64,000 nt of DNA from Nitrosopumilus sp. (GCA_965214775.1 OZ243974.1:864001-928000); one strand, 5' to 3'; positions 22,083 through 32,112 are shown, counted from the stretch's first letter. Numbers and translations are program-made. Notes: a model not told the origin generated them from the sequence alone.

Positions 22083-23300
22083 ATGTCATTGAGGGTGTGT
22101 CTTTTTGGCTCCTATACCAGATCAACTAACGGCATTCCGTCTGGCATCACCGGCGATCTGATAAAAGAGATCTGCAGGTCGCAGGGGTTTGAAACGGTGG
22201 AATGCCACGAGCACTGCAGTTCCTACGGCCAGCTCATCGGAGCGTACATCCGGCTGTTCCTAAAGCACCGAAGGATCGACTATGACGTGATGGTGATCCC
22301 GTGGAGGGGAATAGTCACGCTCCCGCTTGCCAAGCTGATTCACAAAAAGCCGATCGTGTATTTCCCTACGCTGCCGATCTACGAGACGCTGGTGACCGTC
22401 CGCAATAATATTCCCAAAAACTCGCTGAGGGCAAAATTCGTCCGATTTGTAGAAAGAATCTCCTGCAGGTGGGCGGATCTGGTGGTGACAGAAAGCACGT
22501 TTCAGATAGAATACTTTGTCAGGGAGTACGGCCTGCCGAGGGGGAAGTTCCGCCAGATGTGGCCTGCCGCATACGAGCCGCTCTTTGCGCCGATTCCGTT
22601 CAAGGAGAGGACAGACGAGTTCGTCGTGCTGTATTTTGGAACGTTCATTCCCACGTACGGCACCAGGGTCATAGTTGAGGCAGCCGACCGCCTGCGTGAC
22701 AAAAAGGACATGGTGTTTGTCTTCTGCGGCGGCGGCCAAGACGAGCCCAAAGTAAGGCGGTACGTCGAGGAAAATCGCCTGTCCAACGTAAGATTTCTGG
22801 GAATGCTTCCGGTTCTGTCATTTATACAGCAGATAAAGGACAGCGACGTGTGTCTGGGGCTGTTTGGCACAAGCGACAAGTGCAAGGGATCCATGCCAAA
22901 CAAGATCAACCAGATCCTGTCATCGGCCAAGCCGTTGATTACGATAAGCACGCCCACAACGCGCGAGGCAGGCCTGATCGACAAGGAAAACTGCATGCTG
23001 GTACAGTCCGACTCGTCCGAGGAGCTGGCCCAGTGCATCCTGCAGCTGAGGGACGACGACAATCTCCGGAGGCGCGTGGCCATGCAAGGACGGCAGCATT
23101 ATCTTGAAAGGCTATCGATTGATCGGTCGGGCAGGCAGCTGGGCCGGTACATATCGGACATATGCGGTAGTGGATGGAATCCAGACTGCCCGGAAAGCGG
23201 TGCCCGTGCGCAGCACACCTCCCGCACCGAACCCCCCCCCCCCAGATCATCCCGACTGACCGGAACCGTGAGGCGGTGCCTGCCGATGATCGAGATGTAG
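22083..23300 (+). CDS. Glycosyltransferase family 4
   Basis: VLYFGTFIPTYG, NVRFLG, SDVCLGLF, PNK..Q and KPLIT GT-B motifs; the C-terminal tail looks non-homologous. Confidence 0.85.
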   Translation: MSLRVCLFGSYTRSTNGIPSGITGDLIKEICRSQGFETVECHEHCSSYGQLIGAYIRLFLKHRRIDYDVMVIPWRGIVTLPLAKLIHKKPIVYFPTLPIYETLVTVRNNIPKNSLRAKFVRFVERISCRWADLVVTESTFQIEYFVREYGLPRGKFRQMWPAAYEPLFAPIPFKERTDEFVVLYFGTFIPTYGTRVIVEAADRLRDKKDMVFVFCGGGQDEPKVRRYVEENRLSNVRFLGMLPVLSFIQQIKDSDVCLGLFGTSDKCKGSMPNKINQILSSAKPLITISTPTTREAGLIDKENCMLVQSDSSEELAQCILQLRDDDNLRRRVAMQGRQHYLERLSIDRSGRQLGRYISDICGSGWNPDCPESGARAQHTSRTEPPPPRSSRLTGTVRRCLPMIEM

Positions 23301-23342
23301 TGCATACAGCTGAAAATCGATTGTTTTTTTAACGAAAATGTG

Positions 23343-23435
23343 GCATGTGGTCACCTACCCCTATCAATCAGGCATGAATGGGCAGGTACAATTATGATTT
23401 TCGTGCCTAGCTAGCAGGGGGACGTGACCTCATAC
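23343..23435. mobile_element. MITE family C (93 bp, IS66-type), diverged
   Basis: Same length as, and reverse-complement homolog of, 60715-60807. Confidence 0.75.
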
Positions 23436-23734
23436 GTTCCTGAGAGGGATCCGGATGGCGTGGAATGGAGGGAGAGTATCCTCCTGGGACGCAGCCAACT
23501 GTCAAGACATACGAGATCACGTTCAATGACAGGGACGCGACAATAGTGTTCAGGAGGATCGATCCCGGGGACGGCGCCAGTCAGGCAGTGTCCTCGCTAT
23601 CCGGACGTGAAGATCACAGTCACATGTGAGTTTCTGCTTGAGGTCAAAGACGGGTGACTCTGCGGTCAAGTAGGCGGATTTCACTGCTTGGGGGATTTCG
23701 AAGCCATCAATGCTGTGAAACCGATGCCAATGAC

Positions 23735-23852
23735 GTAACAGGATAGCCCCTGCCTAGGCAGCAATCAGGCATGAATCTGCCTGCAGTTGCGATTTTCATG
23801 CCTGCCCGGTAATGGACGTGACTCCAACTCTAGGCAGGGGCTATCCTGTTAC
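23735..23852. mobile_element. IS66-type MITE (118 bp) with perfect 23-bp TIR
   Basis: GTAACAGGATAGCCCCTGCCTAG ... CTAGGCAGGGGCTATCCTGTTAC; no TSD seen. Confidence 0.8.
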
Positions 23853-23932
23853 AAAAAATCTTATGCAAGTAACATCAAAAATTTCTTGCAAATTTGTTTC
23901 TAAATATAGAAAACAAGCAGTGATGAATTGCT

Positions 23933-25086
23933 TGTATAGTCCAAAAAGTAGTTCACCCCTTCTCCGAGTGTGTAAAGTCGGTCAGGAGCAGATGTGCAAG
24001 CCTGACCCACACTGGAAGTACAGGTGTGTGGGTCTGGCGACGAAAGCTCCGTAAATACGTGAGTCTTGAGCACCCAAACGGCATGAAGCTAGAGAAAAGC
24101 CAAGTACAATGGATAGTGCAGGAAAAGAAAAAGGGCGAGCTTACCAACGCCCAGATAGCCGGAACCATGGACGTGACGGTACGGTGGGTCCAGAAGCTGT
24201 GGGCCAGGCACAAAGGCTGCCCTGCGGCAAGCGAAATATCGCATCCTGCGCCAATGGGGAGGCTCCAGAACGGTCTGCCCGGACGCAGGGAGCACTCTGC
24301 AGTCATGTCTGCCAGACATGCAGAGCACATGGGGGCTGCCGGACTGCAGCAGCGCATAGCGAATCAGACCGGAATCCATATCCCGCACGGCATCATACAC
24401 AAGATACTGAGGGACGAGGAGATGGCAGAGGCGCAGCCCAGCAAGGGTACAAGGTACAGGTGGGTCCGCTACGAGCGCGATCACTCAAACTCACTGTGGC
24501 ATACGGACTGGAAGCAGATCCACGGCGGAATGCACGACGGCAGATGGTTCCTGTGCTACGAGGACGATGCCTCCAGGTTTGTGACCGGATATGGCATCTT
24601 TGATAATGCCACGACCAAAAACGCCCTGGCAGTGCTTGAGACGGCAATAGAAAAGCACGGCAAGCCGGCCTCGATCATGACAGACCACGGCAGCCAGTTC
24701 TATGCCAACGAGAAAGAGACGGCAAAAAAGAGGGGCGAAGGCGAGTTTGAAAAGAAACTGACAGAACTGGGAATACGGCAGATCCTGGCAGGCGTGGGAC
24801 GACCCCAGACCAACGGAAAGGTCGAGCGCCTCCACGGGGAGATCCAGCGCAAGCTGCACGAGTTCGAGGAGATCATGATGAGAAAAAGCGACCCGATAGA
24901 CCTGTTCATGCAGTGGTACAATCATGACAGGCCCCACAGGTCGCTGGACTGGGACAATCAGGAGACGCCCGCACAGGCATTTCTCAGAAAGATGCCCAAG
25001 GAGGGGGAAACCGTTATTGACGGGCAGACAGGAGAGGAGTATGATGTCAAATAAGGGGGGGCGAACTACTTTCTGGATCCCACACA
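23933..25086 (+). mobile_element. IS481-family element with 13-bp TSD; transposase within 24026-25054
   Basis: TGT...ACA ends; TSD GTGATGAATTGCT at 23920-23932 and 25087-25099; WHTDWK, TDHGSQF and PQTNGKVER motifs. Confidence 0.92.
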
Positions 25087-25229
25087 GTGATGAATTGCTG
25101 AAAACATTAAAGAGCAAAAACAGACCCGGTCAATTTACTGCTTGTGCCTGCGATGCGCTCTTGATTAACGAGATGAGGGCTTTTTCCATAGCAACAGACT
25201 GGTGGTGCCATGAGAAACACCCGCAAAAA

Positions 25230-25769
25230 TCATTTTTGCTGTTTTTTCCAAGAATCATTTTTTGACTCCTGCCTTAGCAACTGCCGTTTCCGTCTTATTC
25301 CCCAGCGGTATCCTGCGATACCCCCGTCTTTTTTTACAACGCGATGGCATGGTATTGCAACAGCCAGTATGTTGGAACCGCACGCATTAGCTACTGCCCT
25401 GATAGAATTGGGAGATCCAATTCCTTTTGCAATGTCTGTGTAGCTTGAGGTAGAGCCCCTAGGAATTGCTTGGATGGTTTTCCAAACCTTTTCTTGAAAC
25501 TCAGTTCCCTGAATGTCCAAGGGAAGACTAAATTTGGAGGCAGGATTTTCAACAAACTGATTAGTTGCCTTTAATTCAGAATTCATATTTTTCGATTCAG
25601 TCAGATCTCGTTTGGGAAATGAATTTTTGAGTTCTTCAACCAGAATTTCTTTGCTGTCTCCAAGTAAAATGGAGCATATTCCGGATCTGCTTTTTGCAAC
25701 CAGGATTTTTCCATAGATACACGTGCCTATTACATAGGAAATTGGATGGTTTTGCCGGTCTTTAGACAA
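25230..25769 (-). CDS. ogt: Methylated-DNA--protein-cysteine methyltransferase
   Basis: GTEFQEKVW, RAVANAC, IPCHRV active site and GYRWG. Confidence 0.95.
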   Translation of the reverse strand: MSKDRQNHPISYVIGTCIYGKILVAKSRSGICSILLGDSKEILVEELKNSFPKRDLTESKNMNSELKATNQFVENPASKFSLPLDIQGTEFQEKVWKTIQAIPRGSTSSYTDIAKGIGSPNSIRAVANACGSNILAVAIPCHRVVKKDGGIAGYRWGIRRKRQLLRQESKNDSWKKQQK

Positions 25770-25814
25770 TTCTGATTAAAAACATCACTGTCATCTTTGA
25801 TTTTAAGCAAAACT

Positions 25815-25836
25815 CACCATGGAGAGTACCATGGTG
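25815..25836. promoter_or_regulatory. Inverted repeat between divergent genes; possible operator
   Basis: CACCATGG-N6-CCATGGTG. Confidence 0.4.
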
Positions 25837-25863
25837 CGCAAGGCATTTTTTAATATCTGACGT

Positions 25864-26208
25864 ATGGAAACTGTGCAAAAAATAATTTTAGAAGTAATCA
25901 ATGAAAGAAAAGTTTGGATGATAGTCTCCACAAGAGAAGAAGACTGTGAGGAAAACGAGCTTGAAATCATAAGGCCAATGATAGAAAAGCTGAATGAACA
26001 ATGGTATGAAAAGGGGAATATGGTCTGGATCGGAAGGCTAGACGATCAAAAGACAAGTATTGCAGTTTTTGAGGCAACAGAAGAAAAAGCAAACAATCTC
26101 TTTGAGCAATATGCAGCAGTTTGTGGAAAAGCATTAAACGTAAAACTCCATCAATGGGATGCATTTCCGTTGTTTTCTGTTTTTGAAAGGCTGCAAGGGA
26201 GACTGTAA
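25864..26208 (+). CDS. Hypothetical protein
   Basis: 114-aa ORF with host-like composition; no recognised motif. Confidence 0.65.
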   Translation: METVQKIILEVINERKVWMIVSTREEDCEENELEIIRPMIEKLNEQWYEKGNMVWIGRLDDQKTSIAVFEATEEKANNLFEQYAAVCGKALNVKLHQWDAFPLFSVFERLQGRL

Positions 26209-26269
26209 TTTTTAAAAGAAATCATGGTGCCTGCAATGGTATGCTGCCGCAGGAATTTTTGTAGGATAT

Positions 26270-26418
26270 GTGATACGCGAGGCGGCCATAAAGAACGGCC
26301 AGACCCCGCTGATTGCATTCGGCGATAAAAAGGCCACAGATGCGATCAGGAAAAGCGACCCGAAATGGGTGGAGAGGGAGACATCGATGACTAGGCAAAA
26401 TAATTTCGGTATAATACA
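26270..26418 (+). pseudogene. IS481 3'-end remnant upstream of nirK
   Basis: QTPLIAFGDKKATDAIRKSDPKWVE matches the C-terminus of the 59421-60440 transposase (ETPLRAFSDREATEAIRKSNPRWME); ends TATAATACA like that element. Confidence 0.85.
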
Positions 26419-26473
26419 GAACTTGGTACTCGATAATGCTAATTTTATATATGCTATGCCATTCAACTGCCTT

Positions 26474-27886
26474 ATGAATAGGCGTGTTAGCGTTCTCTTT
26501 ACAATTGCAGCAGTAGCTGTAATGGGCGCAACCTTATTCGGAAGCACATACACACAAACCCAGATTGCTGGACAATCACTTGATATCAACGAAATGGATG
26601 TCGATGTAATTGAGAAAATCCATCAAATGGGCGGTTTACAACTTGTAATGCCTCAAGCATTCGCAGAAACTGACTGTGGTGTACTGGAAAATTCTGGACG
26701 CAACGTAGTTGAGTTCAATTTGGATGGTTACAGTGTTGAGCTCCCAATCATGGGCGGTAAGACATTCAACGCCATGACTTTTGATGGACAGGTCCCAGGA
26801 CCGACACTAAGAGTCACACAAGGTGACGTTGTAAAAATGACCCTCACAATTCCAGACTGGGAAGTTACTGGACACGGTAACGACATGCACGCATCACAAA
26901 CGTCATCAGCAAGCTTTGAATCAGTTAATCCTGGTGAAACAAGTCAGTACTGTTACATCGCCGAATCAGCTGGTGTGTTCAAATACCATTGTTCTGGTGT
27001 CAAACTAATTGGCATGGACCAACACGTACTTTCCGGCATGTACGGAATTGCAATCGTTGATCCTGCAAATGGATACAAGAAACTCATGGTAGAGAAGACC
27101 AGCGGTAGCGGTGAACTTGACAGAAAATTCTATGATGCAGATGCATTAGAGTTCCAACTCCAATACAGCCAATTGTATCTGACACCTGAGGGCAACTATG
27201 ATGCAGTAGCAATGCACAAGCATCAAAACACTGCAACAGTTGTCAACGGAATGCAATTCGGTTACGTGCCAAACATGGCTCATAACTTACTCGTCAAGGG
27301 CGATGTAAACAAGAACATCTTTGTTGCACAACCATGGAATGGAATCGAACACAAGCAGTACCAGTCACAACTCTTATTTGTTGAAACTGATCAGCACGTA
27401 AGACTCTTTATTGAAAACCAGGGCAACGAACCAGTATTCTTCCACATTGTAGGAGAAATCCTGGATAGAGTTGTTCAAGGCAACAGAGTACAATCTGCAG
27501 CAACTGAGACATGGTTACTCGGCGGCTCACAAAACATGATTGTAGACGTGGTATTTGATGAACCAGGTACGTATGCAGCAATAAACCATGATTATGCGGC
27601 AATTTACAGTGGTGCAGCTACGGTCTTTGTAGCAGGTGATCCATTCGGCCTGAACCCGGTTCTAGTCGAGAAAGGAGTCATTCCGGCACCGGTGGCATCA
27701 TATGCATACGCATTAGGCAACCCAAGCAGCGCTGTCCCGCCAATGGGAATGAACAGCATTGCTCATCCTGCAATCAACATTCATGGTCTGATGACTGATG
27801 AAGTAGCTTCTGAAATGCAAGCAAGTGGCGATTATATCGCATTATGGGAAGTAATTCCCGTAGTGGCAGAAATCCTTACTTCTTGA
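26474..27886 (+). CDS. nirK: Copper-containing nitrite reductase (thaumarchaeal NirK)
   Basis: Signal anchor MNRRVSVLF; HGNDMH, YHCSG..HVLSGMYG and FHIVGE copper ligands; TATA-like TTTTATAT about 25-30 bp upstream of 26474. Confidence 0.92.
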   Translation: MNRRVSVLFTIAAVAVMGATLFGSTYTQTQIAGQSLDINEMDVDVIEKIHQMGGLQLVMPQAFAETDCGVLENSGRNVVEFNLDGYSVELPIMGGKTFNAMTFDGQVPGPTLRVTQGDVVKMTLTIPDWEVTGHGNDMHASQTSSASFESVNPGETSQYCYIAESAGVFKYHCSGVKLIGMDQHVLSGMYGIAIVDPANGYKKLMVEKTSGSGELDRKFYDADALEFQLQYSQLYLTPEGNYDAVAMHKHQNTATVVNGMQFGYVPNMAHNLLVKGDVNKNIFVAQPWNGIEHKQYQSQLLFVETDQHVRLFIENQGNEPVFFHIVGEILDRVVQGNRVQSAATETWLLGGSQNMIVDVVFDEPGTYAAINHDYAAIYSGAATVFVAGDPFGLNPVLVEKGVIPAPVASYAYALGNPSSAVPPMGMNSIAHPAINIHGLMTDEVASEMQASGDYIALWEVIPVVAEILTS

Positions 27887-28887
27887 TCACTAACATCTTT
27901 TTCTTTTTATTTTTCTTTTGGAACACTCTTCCAGGCGTGATCCGCAATGATCAAGCCCATGGCTGGATCCTGCCTTGTAAAATGGCCGCATCGCGCATGC
28001 CCCATGGGCCTTGCATGGATCCTGTACGGCATGAGGTTGCCGTAGCTATGCCAGTCCTCCGTCAAGGGAGGCATGGCATGGCCTGTATTCTTTCCCATAT
28101 ATCCGCGCATGATGTGAGGACATTCGCCGCCGGATCATCCTTGCCTTGCCGGTCACGGACTTATGGCGCATGCCCGGTAGCTGTCGGGCCAGGCGGCTTT
28201 TGGCGCCCCGGTTCCGGAAAAAAAGAGGCATGCCGCAAGCCGATATCAATTGTTATATGACGAAGGCGTGCAGTGACGGGGGAGAATATGAACGGCAAAA
28301 CAACATTCGTAATGCCTCCCTCGGTACCGGCGCTGCTGGCTCCTGTGGGAATGACAGATGCGGCGGCACAAGAAGCCCCGGGAGGCATTGAAGACGACAC
28401 GCAAAAAATCACGGTAAACGAACTAGAAACCGACACCGATGAGCAAATTCACGATATCCCAGATGGTTTTGAATCAGGAGAGTTCAGAAAGCTATTTTCT
28501 GACAGCGATGGAGGCAGTGTTGGAACGACGCCAAGTGTGATGCCAGACACATTACGTGGCAAAATCACACCTGTACATCATGGCCCATGGCCTGTCCGGT
28601 GCGGTGGCAGTTTCTTGGACCCGCACATGCCAGACCCGACGCCGACTACCTGTGATGCGGGAATCACACCAAGCGGCACCCGGCAGATCCTGAGAAATGA
28701 CGGATATCATATGACTGCCGAATATGCATCCTGGATTGGCGCAGCATCGCAACCGTATGATTCCACAAAAATCGTTCCAAGCAGCAACTGTGGGGGGCTG
28801 TGCGATGCCGGGGCATTCCGTGATCATGCCGGAATAAACAACGATTTTTCACACACCGTATAAAACGAAGAGCCAAATCCAGAGACA

Positions 28888-29172
28888 TTGTCGTATGTAT
28901 GGCCGTACTCTCACCGGGGAGTTTGCGCATATCGGTGGCATGTCACTTGGCCCCACTTTTTTCTAATTCTGGGGGCTACGCTGGGCTTTCTTTTTGGAGC
29001 ATCTTTTGGCATGATGATACTCAATCTCTTAATTTATGACCATCTTGGAGGGCCGTGCATATGGCCGCTCTCCGATGCAGTCGGCATCGGCGGGATAGAC
29101 ATCTCAACATTGGAATGGAGCGAGCGCCTGCAATGCTATCTTAATCCCTACAGGGAACCCTGGTGGAATTAG
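28888..29172 (+). CDS. Possible small membrane protein
   Basis: One hydrophobic segment (FFLILGATLGFLFGASFGMMILNLLI); start uncertain. Confidence 0.35.
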   Translation: MSYVWPYSHRGVCAYRWHVTWPHFFLILGATLGFLFGASFGMMILNLLIYDHLGGPCIWPLSDAVGIGGIDISTLEWSERLQCYLNPYREPWWN

Positions 29173-29536
29173 ACCAGCAGGCAGTTGTCGCACGGAGTGA
29201 CCGCGGAGTTGGGAAGTTGTCCGGAGATGACGCATTGGCATCTGGCATTGGCCTCACAGCCCGATGCCTGACGCAAGACATGACATCGGACTGCAATCGA
29301 TCAGATCCTGCCTGTCTGACTTGTGATGGGATGGCCCCTGCCTAGGTTCAGTCTTCCCAAAAGTACCGCATCAAATCATCCCAGGCTTAAAACAATTCAG
29401 ATGAGGATGCCTGCAGATCCGCATGTCACCTACTGCACTGCCGTGAGTCGGTTACTTTTGGGAAGACTGAGGATACGGATAAGATTTCGTACAGCGTCTA
29501 CTGACTGTTGAAACCGGATCTGCCAATTTAGGCAGA

Positions 29537-30025
29537 TCATGTACCTTGCTGTGGTTTATTGTCTTTTATTGATATGGCCAGACCGTTTGGAACACTATAG
29601 AACGGACTACCGTTTTGATCATAGGCATTATCAAATCTAATTATTTCATCGATGGTTAGTTTAACTTTTACTTCTTGCCCTGTTCGTAAAATTCTATAGA
29701 TGTTCCAAGGTTCGTGATTCTTATCTATGTGTACCTTGTATTTATTGTGAGATTTTTGTTTTTCTACATCATTAAGTAATTCTAGGCTAGGGGTTCCTCG
29801 TAAATGAGGTGGAGCATAAACAGACCATTTCGGCAAAGTTATGTCAAAACTCACTTTTTTAGGATTGTTAGGATCTCGCATTATTTTTGCCAGAAAAATT
29901 CTACCTTTGACTCGCACACCATCATCTAGCTCATACTCATTCCAGTCCTCCTCTTCAACTTTGAACTCCATTTCTTCATAATCACTTGGCAATGGGGAAG
30001 GGTTGTCAGGATTAGACTGCGACAT
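29537..30025 (-). CDS. Hypothetical protein with internally duplicated domain
   Basis: EEDWNEYELDDGVRVKGRIFLAKIMR vs HEPWNIYRILRTGQEVKVKLTIDEIIR; AT-rich. Confidence 0.7.
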   Translation of the reverse strand: MSQSNPDNPSPLPSDYEEMEFKVEEEDWNEYELDDGVRVKGRIFLAKIMRDPNNPKKVSFDITLPKWSVYAPPHLRGTPSLELLNDVEKQKSHNKYKVHIDKNHEPWNIYRILRTGQEVKVKLTIDEIIRFDNAYDQNGSPFYSVPNGLAISIKDNKPQQGT

Positions 30026-30035
30026 TAAAAATAAC

Positions 30036-30236
30036 CTAAGTAGTATTAATCAAGTTTAGCTTTAAAATGTTTCCGTCGCTTGTAGACGCAGATGTATCTG
30101 ATTCTGTAACTATCGATACTGTTGAGGATTCTATTTGCGTAGTTTCTTCAGAAGTTTGTTTTTGAGTTTTGTCTATTATGTGCGTTTTTACATCATACGT
30201 CTGATCATTTGATCTACTTACGCTAATTTTTTGCAT
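30036..30236 (-). CDS. Small hypothetical protein
   Basis: 66-aa ORF ending 10 bp upstream of the 29537-30025 gene on the same strand. Confidence 0.45.
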   Translation of the reverse strand: MQKISVSRSNDQTYDVKTHIIDKTQKQTSEETTQIESSTVSIVTESDTSASTSDGNILKLNLINTT

Positions 30237-30285
30237 GTATAATGTACATGAAAATTTAATTAAAAACCTATCGGTCTATCTGGGG

Positions 30286-30376
30286 GTAAGATCTTGCCCC
30301 TCCCCTGAGATACGGCGTGCTAGGCGTGATCATGAAGGCTCCGACCGGCAGTGCCGCCTGAGGGGTAAACTCATAC
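30286..30376. mobile_element. MITE family E (IS66-type, 91 bp) with 9-bp TSD
   Basis: TSD TATCTGGGG at 30277-30285 and 30377-30385; homolog of 44484-44573; shares its end with the adjacent IS66 remnant. Confidence 0.85.
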
Positions 30377-30782
30377 TATCTGGGGTGTATGAGTTTACCC
30401 CTCAGGCGACGTTTCCAGTCAGGGTCTTGGCGACCATTTCACTCACGTTACACCCTTGGGCGCGCCAGTTCATCGTGCATGTCATCAGCACGGTGAACAT
30501 CTCCATGCCCTCCATGGTACGGAGTCCCTGGAATATCTTGCGCGCAATTACAGACGGCCTCAGCATGCGCTCGGCCAGGTTGTTGGTGGGCTCCATGCCC
30601 GGATACAGCACGAACGTGTACAGGTATTCTGAAGCGTTCCCAAGCTTTGTGGCAAATCTCGCGCAACCTGCCTCCCTGAATGCCACGGCCAGCGCGCGTG
30701 TCTCGACTACCAACATGTCGTGCTGCTGCTGCCTGGTATCGTCCTCCTTCTCCTTCTCCTCCGGTGGTGGTGGCCCAGCCCC

Positions 30783-30890
30783 TTGGCAAAGAGGAACTTT
30801 TTCTTGAGTGTATCATACGGTAATGTTACACCAATCCCCCCGTCTGCAAGGGGGTTGGCAAAGAGGAACTTTTTCTTGAGTGTATCATAC
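30783..30890. repeat. 36-bp direct repeat x2 with 36-bp insert
   Basis: TTGGCAAAGAGGAACTTTTTCTTGAGTGTATCATAC at 30783-30818 and 30855-30890. Confidence 0.92.
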
Positions 30891-31086
30891 AGCGCGTGGG
30901 CCTGCCGGGAAGTCTTGCCGGCATCCTTGGCCTCCCGGAGTATGTGTGCCCAGCACCACTGCCTAGTCTTGAATACGACGTATACACCGTACCCGTCGAC
31001 TGTAACTGGTTTGTCATAATACGGAAAGTTCGTGTCAACTATGATCCTGCCCCTGCTAGGTGCGACCACCGTGTGGACGCCGGTTA

Positions 31087-31165
31087 TAGCAACGGGCAGA
31101 AGTCTTTGAGTCAAAATAGGTCACAACTACACGTAAAAAACCTCAATTATTTCTGCTCGTTGCTA
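31087..31165. mobile_element. MITE family A (79 bp, TA TSD)
   Basis: TAGCAACGGGCAGAA ... TTCTGCTCGTTGCTA flanked by TA; near-identical to 33582-33660. Confidence 0.9.
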
Positions 31166-31394
31166 TATGCTGCCGTCCTTGTCCTTGCCTACTACCACCC
31201 ATATGCGGGCCGTCCTGCCGTTGTATGGCATGGCAGTCTCGTCAATATACAGATAATCAGAATCTCGGATGGCCTGCTTGATGCCATCTACGCTGGGCTT
31301 TATTGCCTTGGTGCAGGCCCTCAGGCACTGCAGCACACCTGCCTCTGAGACATCCATGTTCAGGATTTCTGAGCACATTGTGGCCGTGGCCTGT

Positions 31395-31648
31395 ATGGAG
31401 GCAGGTGTCATGTGCATTGAAGTTATCATCATGCATCCGAATCGGGAAAGTCGATCATTCAGAACAGATGGAGGCAGGTGTCATGTGCATTGAAGTTATC
31501 ATCATGCATCCGAATCGGGAAAGTCGATCATTCAGAACAGATGGAGGCAGGTGTCATGTGCATTGAAGTTATCATCATGCATCCGAATCGGGAAAGTCGA
31601 TCATTCAGAACAGATGGAGGCAGGTGTCATGTGCATTGAAGTTATCAT
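31395..31648. repeat. 73-bp tandem repeat x3.5 (35-bp transposase-derived part x4, 38-bp insert x3)
   Basis: Units start at 31395, 31468, 31541 and 31614. Confidence 0.95.
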
Positions 31649-31690
31649 TCCCGTAATGTTTGGTCCAAACTCGGTTCCCTGCACGTTCCA

Positions 31691-31909
31691 GTCCCAGTCA
31701 ATACTGTATGTTATCCTGTATTTTCCTACATTGTATGCAAATACCCGCTTGTGTTTCTTCCATCTTCCCAACACTATTGAGTTGTCAGAATTTTTTAGCT
31801 CTTCAATCGCATGATCTACCCTTTGCTTGATCTGTGCATCAGGGTTTTTGTACTGTTTTCTGAATATTGCCTGTGACGTGATCTGCCACCGGGTTTCAGT
31901 TTCATTCAT
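31691..31909 (-). pseudogene. RelE/ParE-family toxin, C-terminus replaced by IS66 sequence
   Basis: FRKQYKN...VDHAIEEL...YNVGKYRITYSID, then switches to transposase-like GTEFGPNITG. Confidence 0.75.
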
Positions 31910-32033
31910 TGAGCCACTTTATGAATTCCGCGGCAGTTTTGAATGTCACCTTGCCATCGTCGCTTGCATAGAATTCGTCGATGGCGTTGATTTCCTCCGA
32001 GGTCAAATCATCGACCTGTTCTGTCTTAGACAT
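31902..32033 (-). CDS. Small acidic antitoxin candidate (43 aa; not in ORF track)
   Basis: MSKTEQVDDLTSEEINAIDEFYASDDGKVTFKTAAEFIKWLNE*; overlaps the toxin start by 8 bp. Confidence 0.7.
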   Translation of the reverse strand: MSKTEQVDDLTSEEINAIDEFYASDDGKVTFKTAAEFIKWLNE

Positions 32034-32112
32034 GTCTTGTGTTGTGATTTCTCTGCTTTTAAGGGTGACTGATCCGCTAGTCTGCCGGTAATAGGGGTTG
32101 GAGATTATCGCC

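Larger units (their letters stand above)
30387..31690 (-). pseudogene. IS66-family transposase remnant, multiply disrupted
   Basis: End GTATGAGTTTACCCCT; fragments YIDET, VDGY, QWCWAHILRE and PTNNLAERMLRP lie in different frames. Confidence 0.88.

Noticed and set aside
26270-27886. 538-aa NirK with a novel N-terminal domain
   Set aside because: The extension is IS481 remnant plus promoter sequence; the true start is most likely 26474.
27900-29511. Several overlapping ORFs downstream of nirK
   Set aside because: No recognisable motifs and no consistent frame; probably decayed accessory DNA. Only 28888-29172 was kept, at low confidence.
31395-31648. Canonical CRISPR array
   Set aside because: The three 'spacers' are identical, the 'repeat' is transposase coding sequence, and no cas genes or leader are present; reported as a tandem repeat and scar instead.
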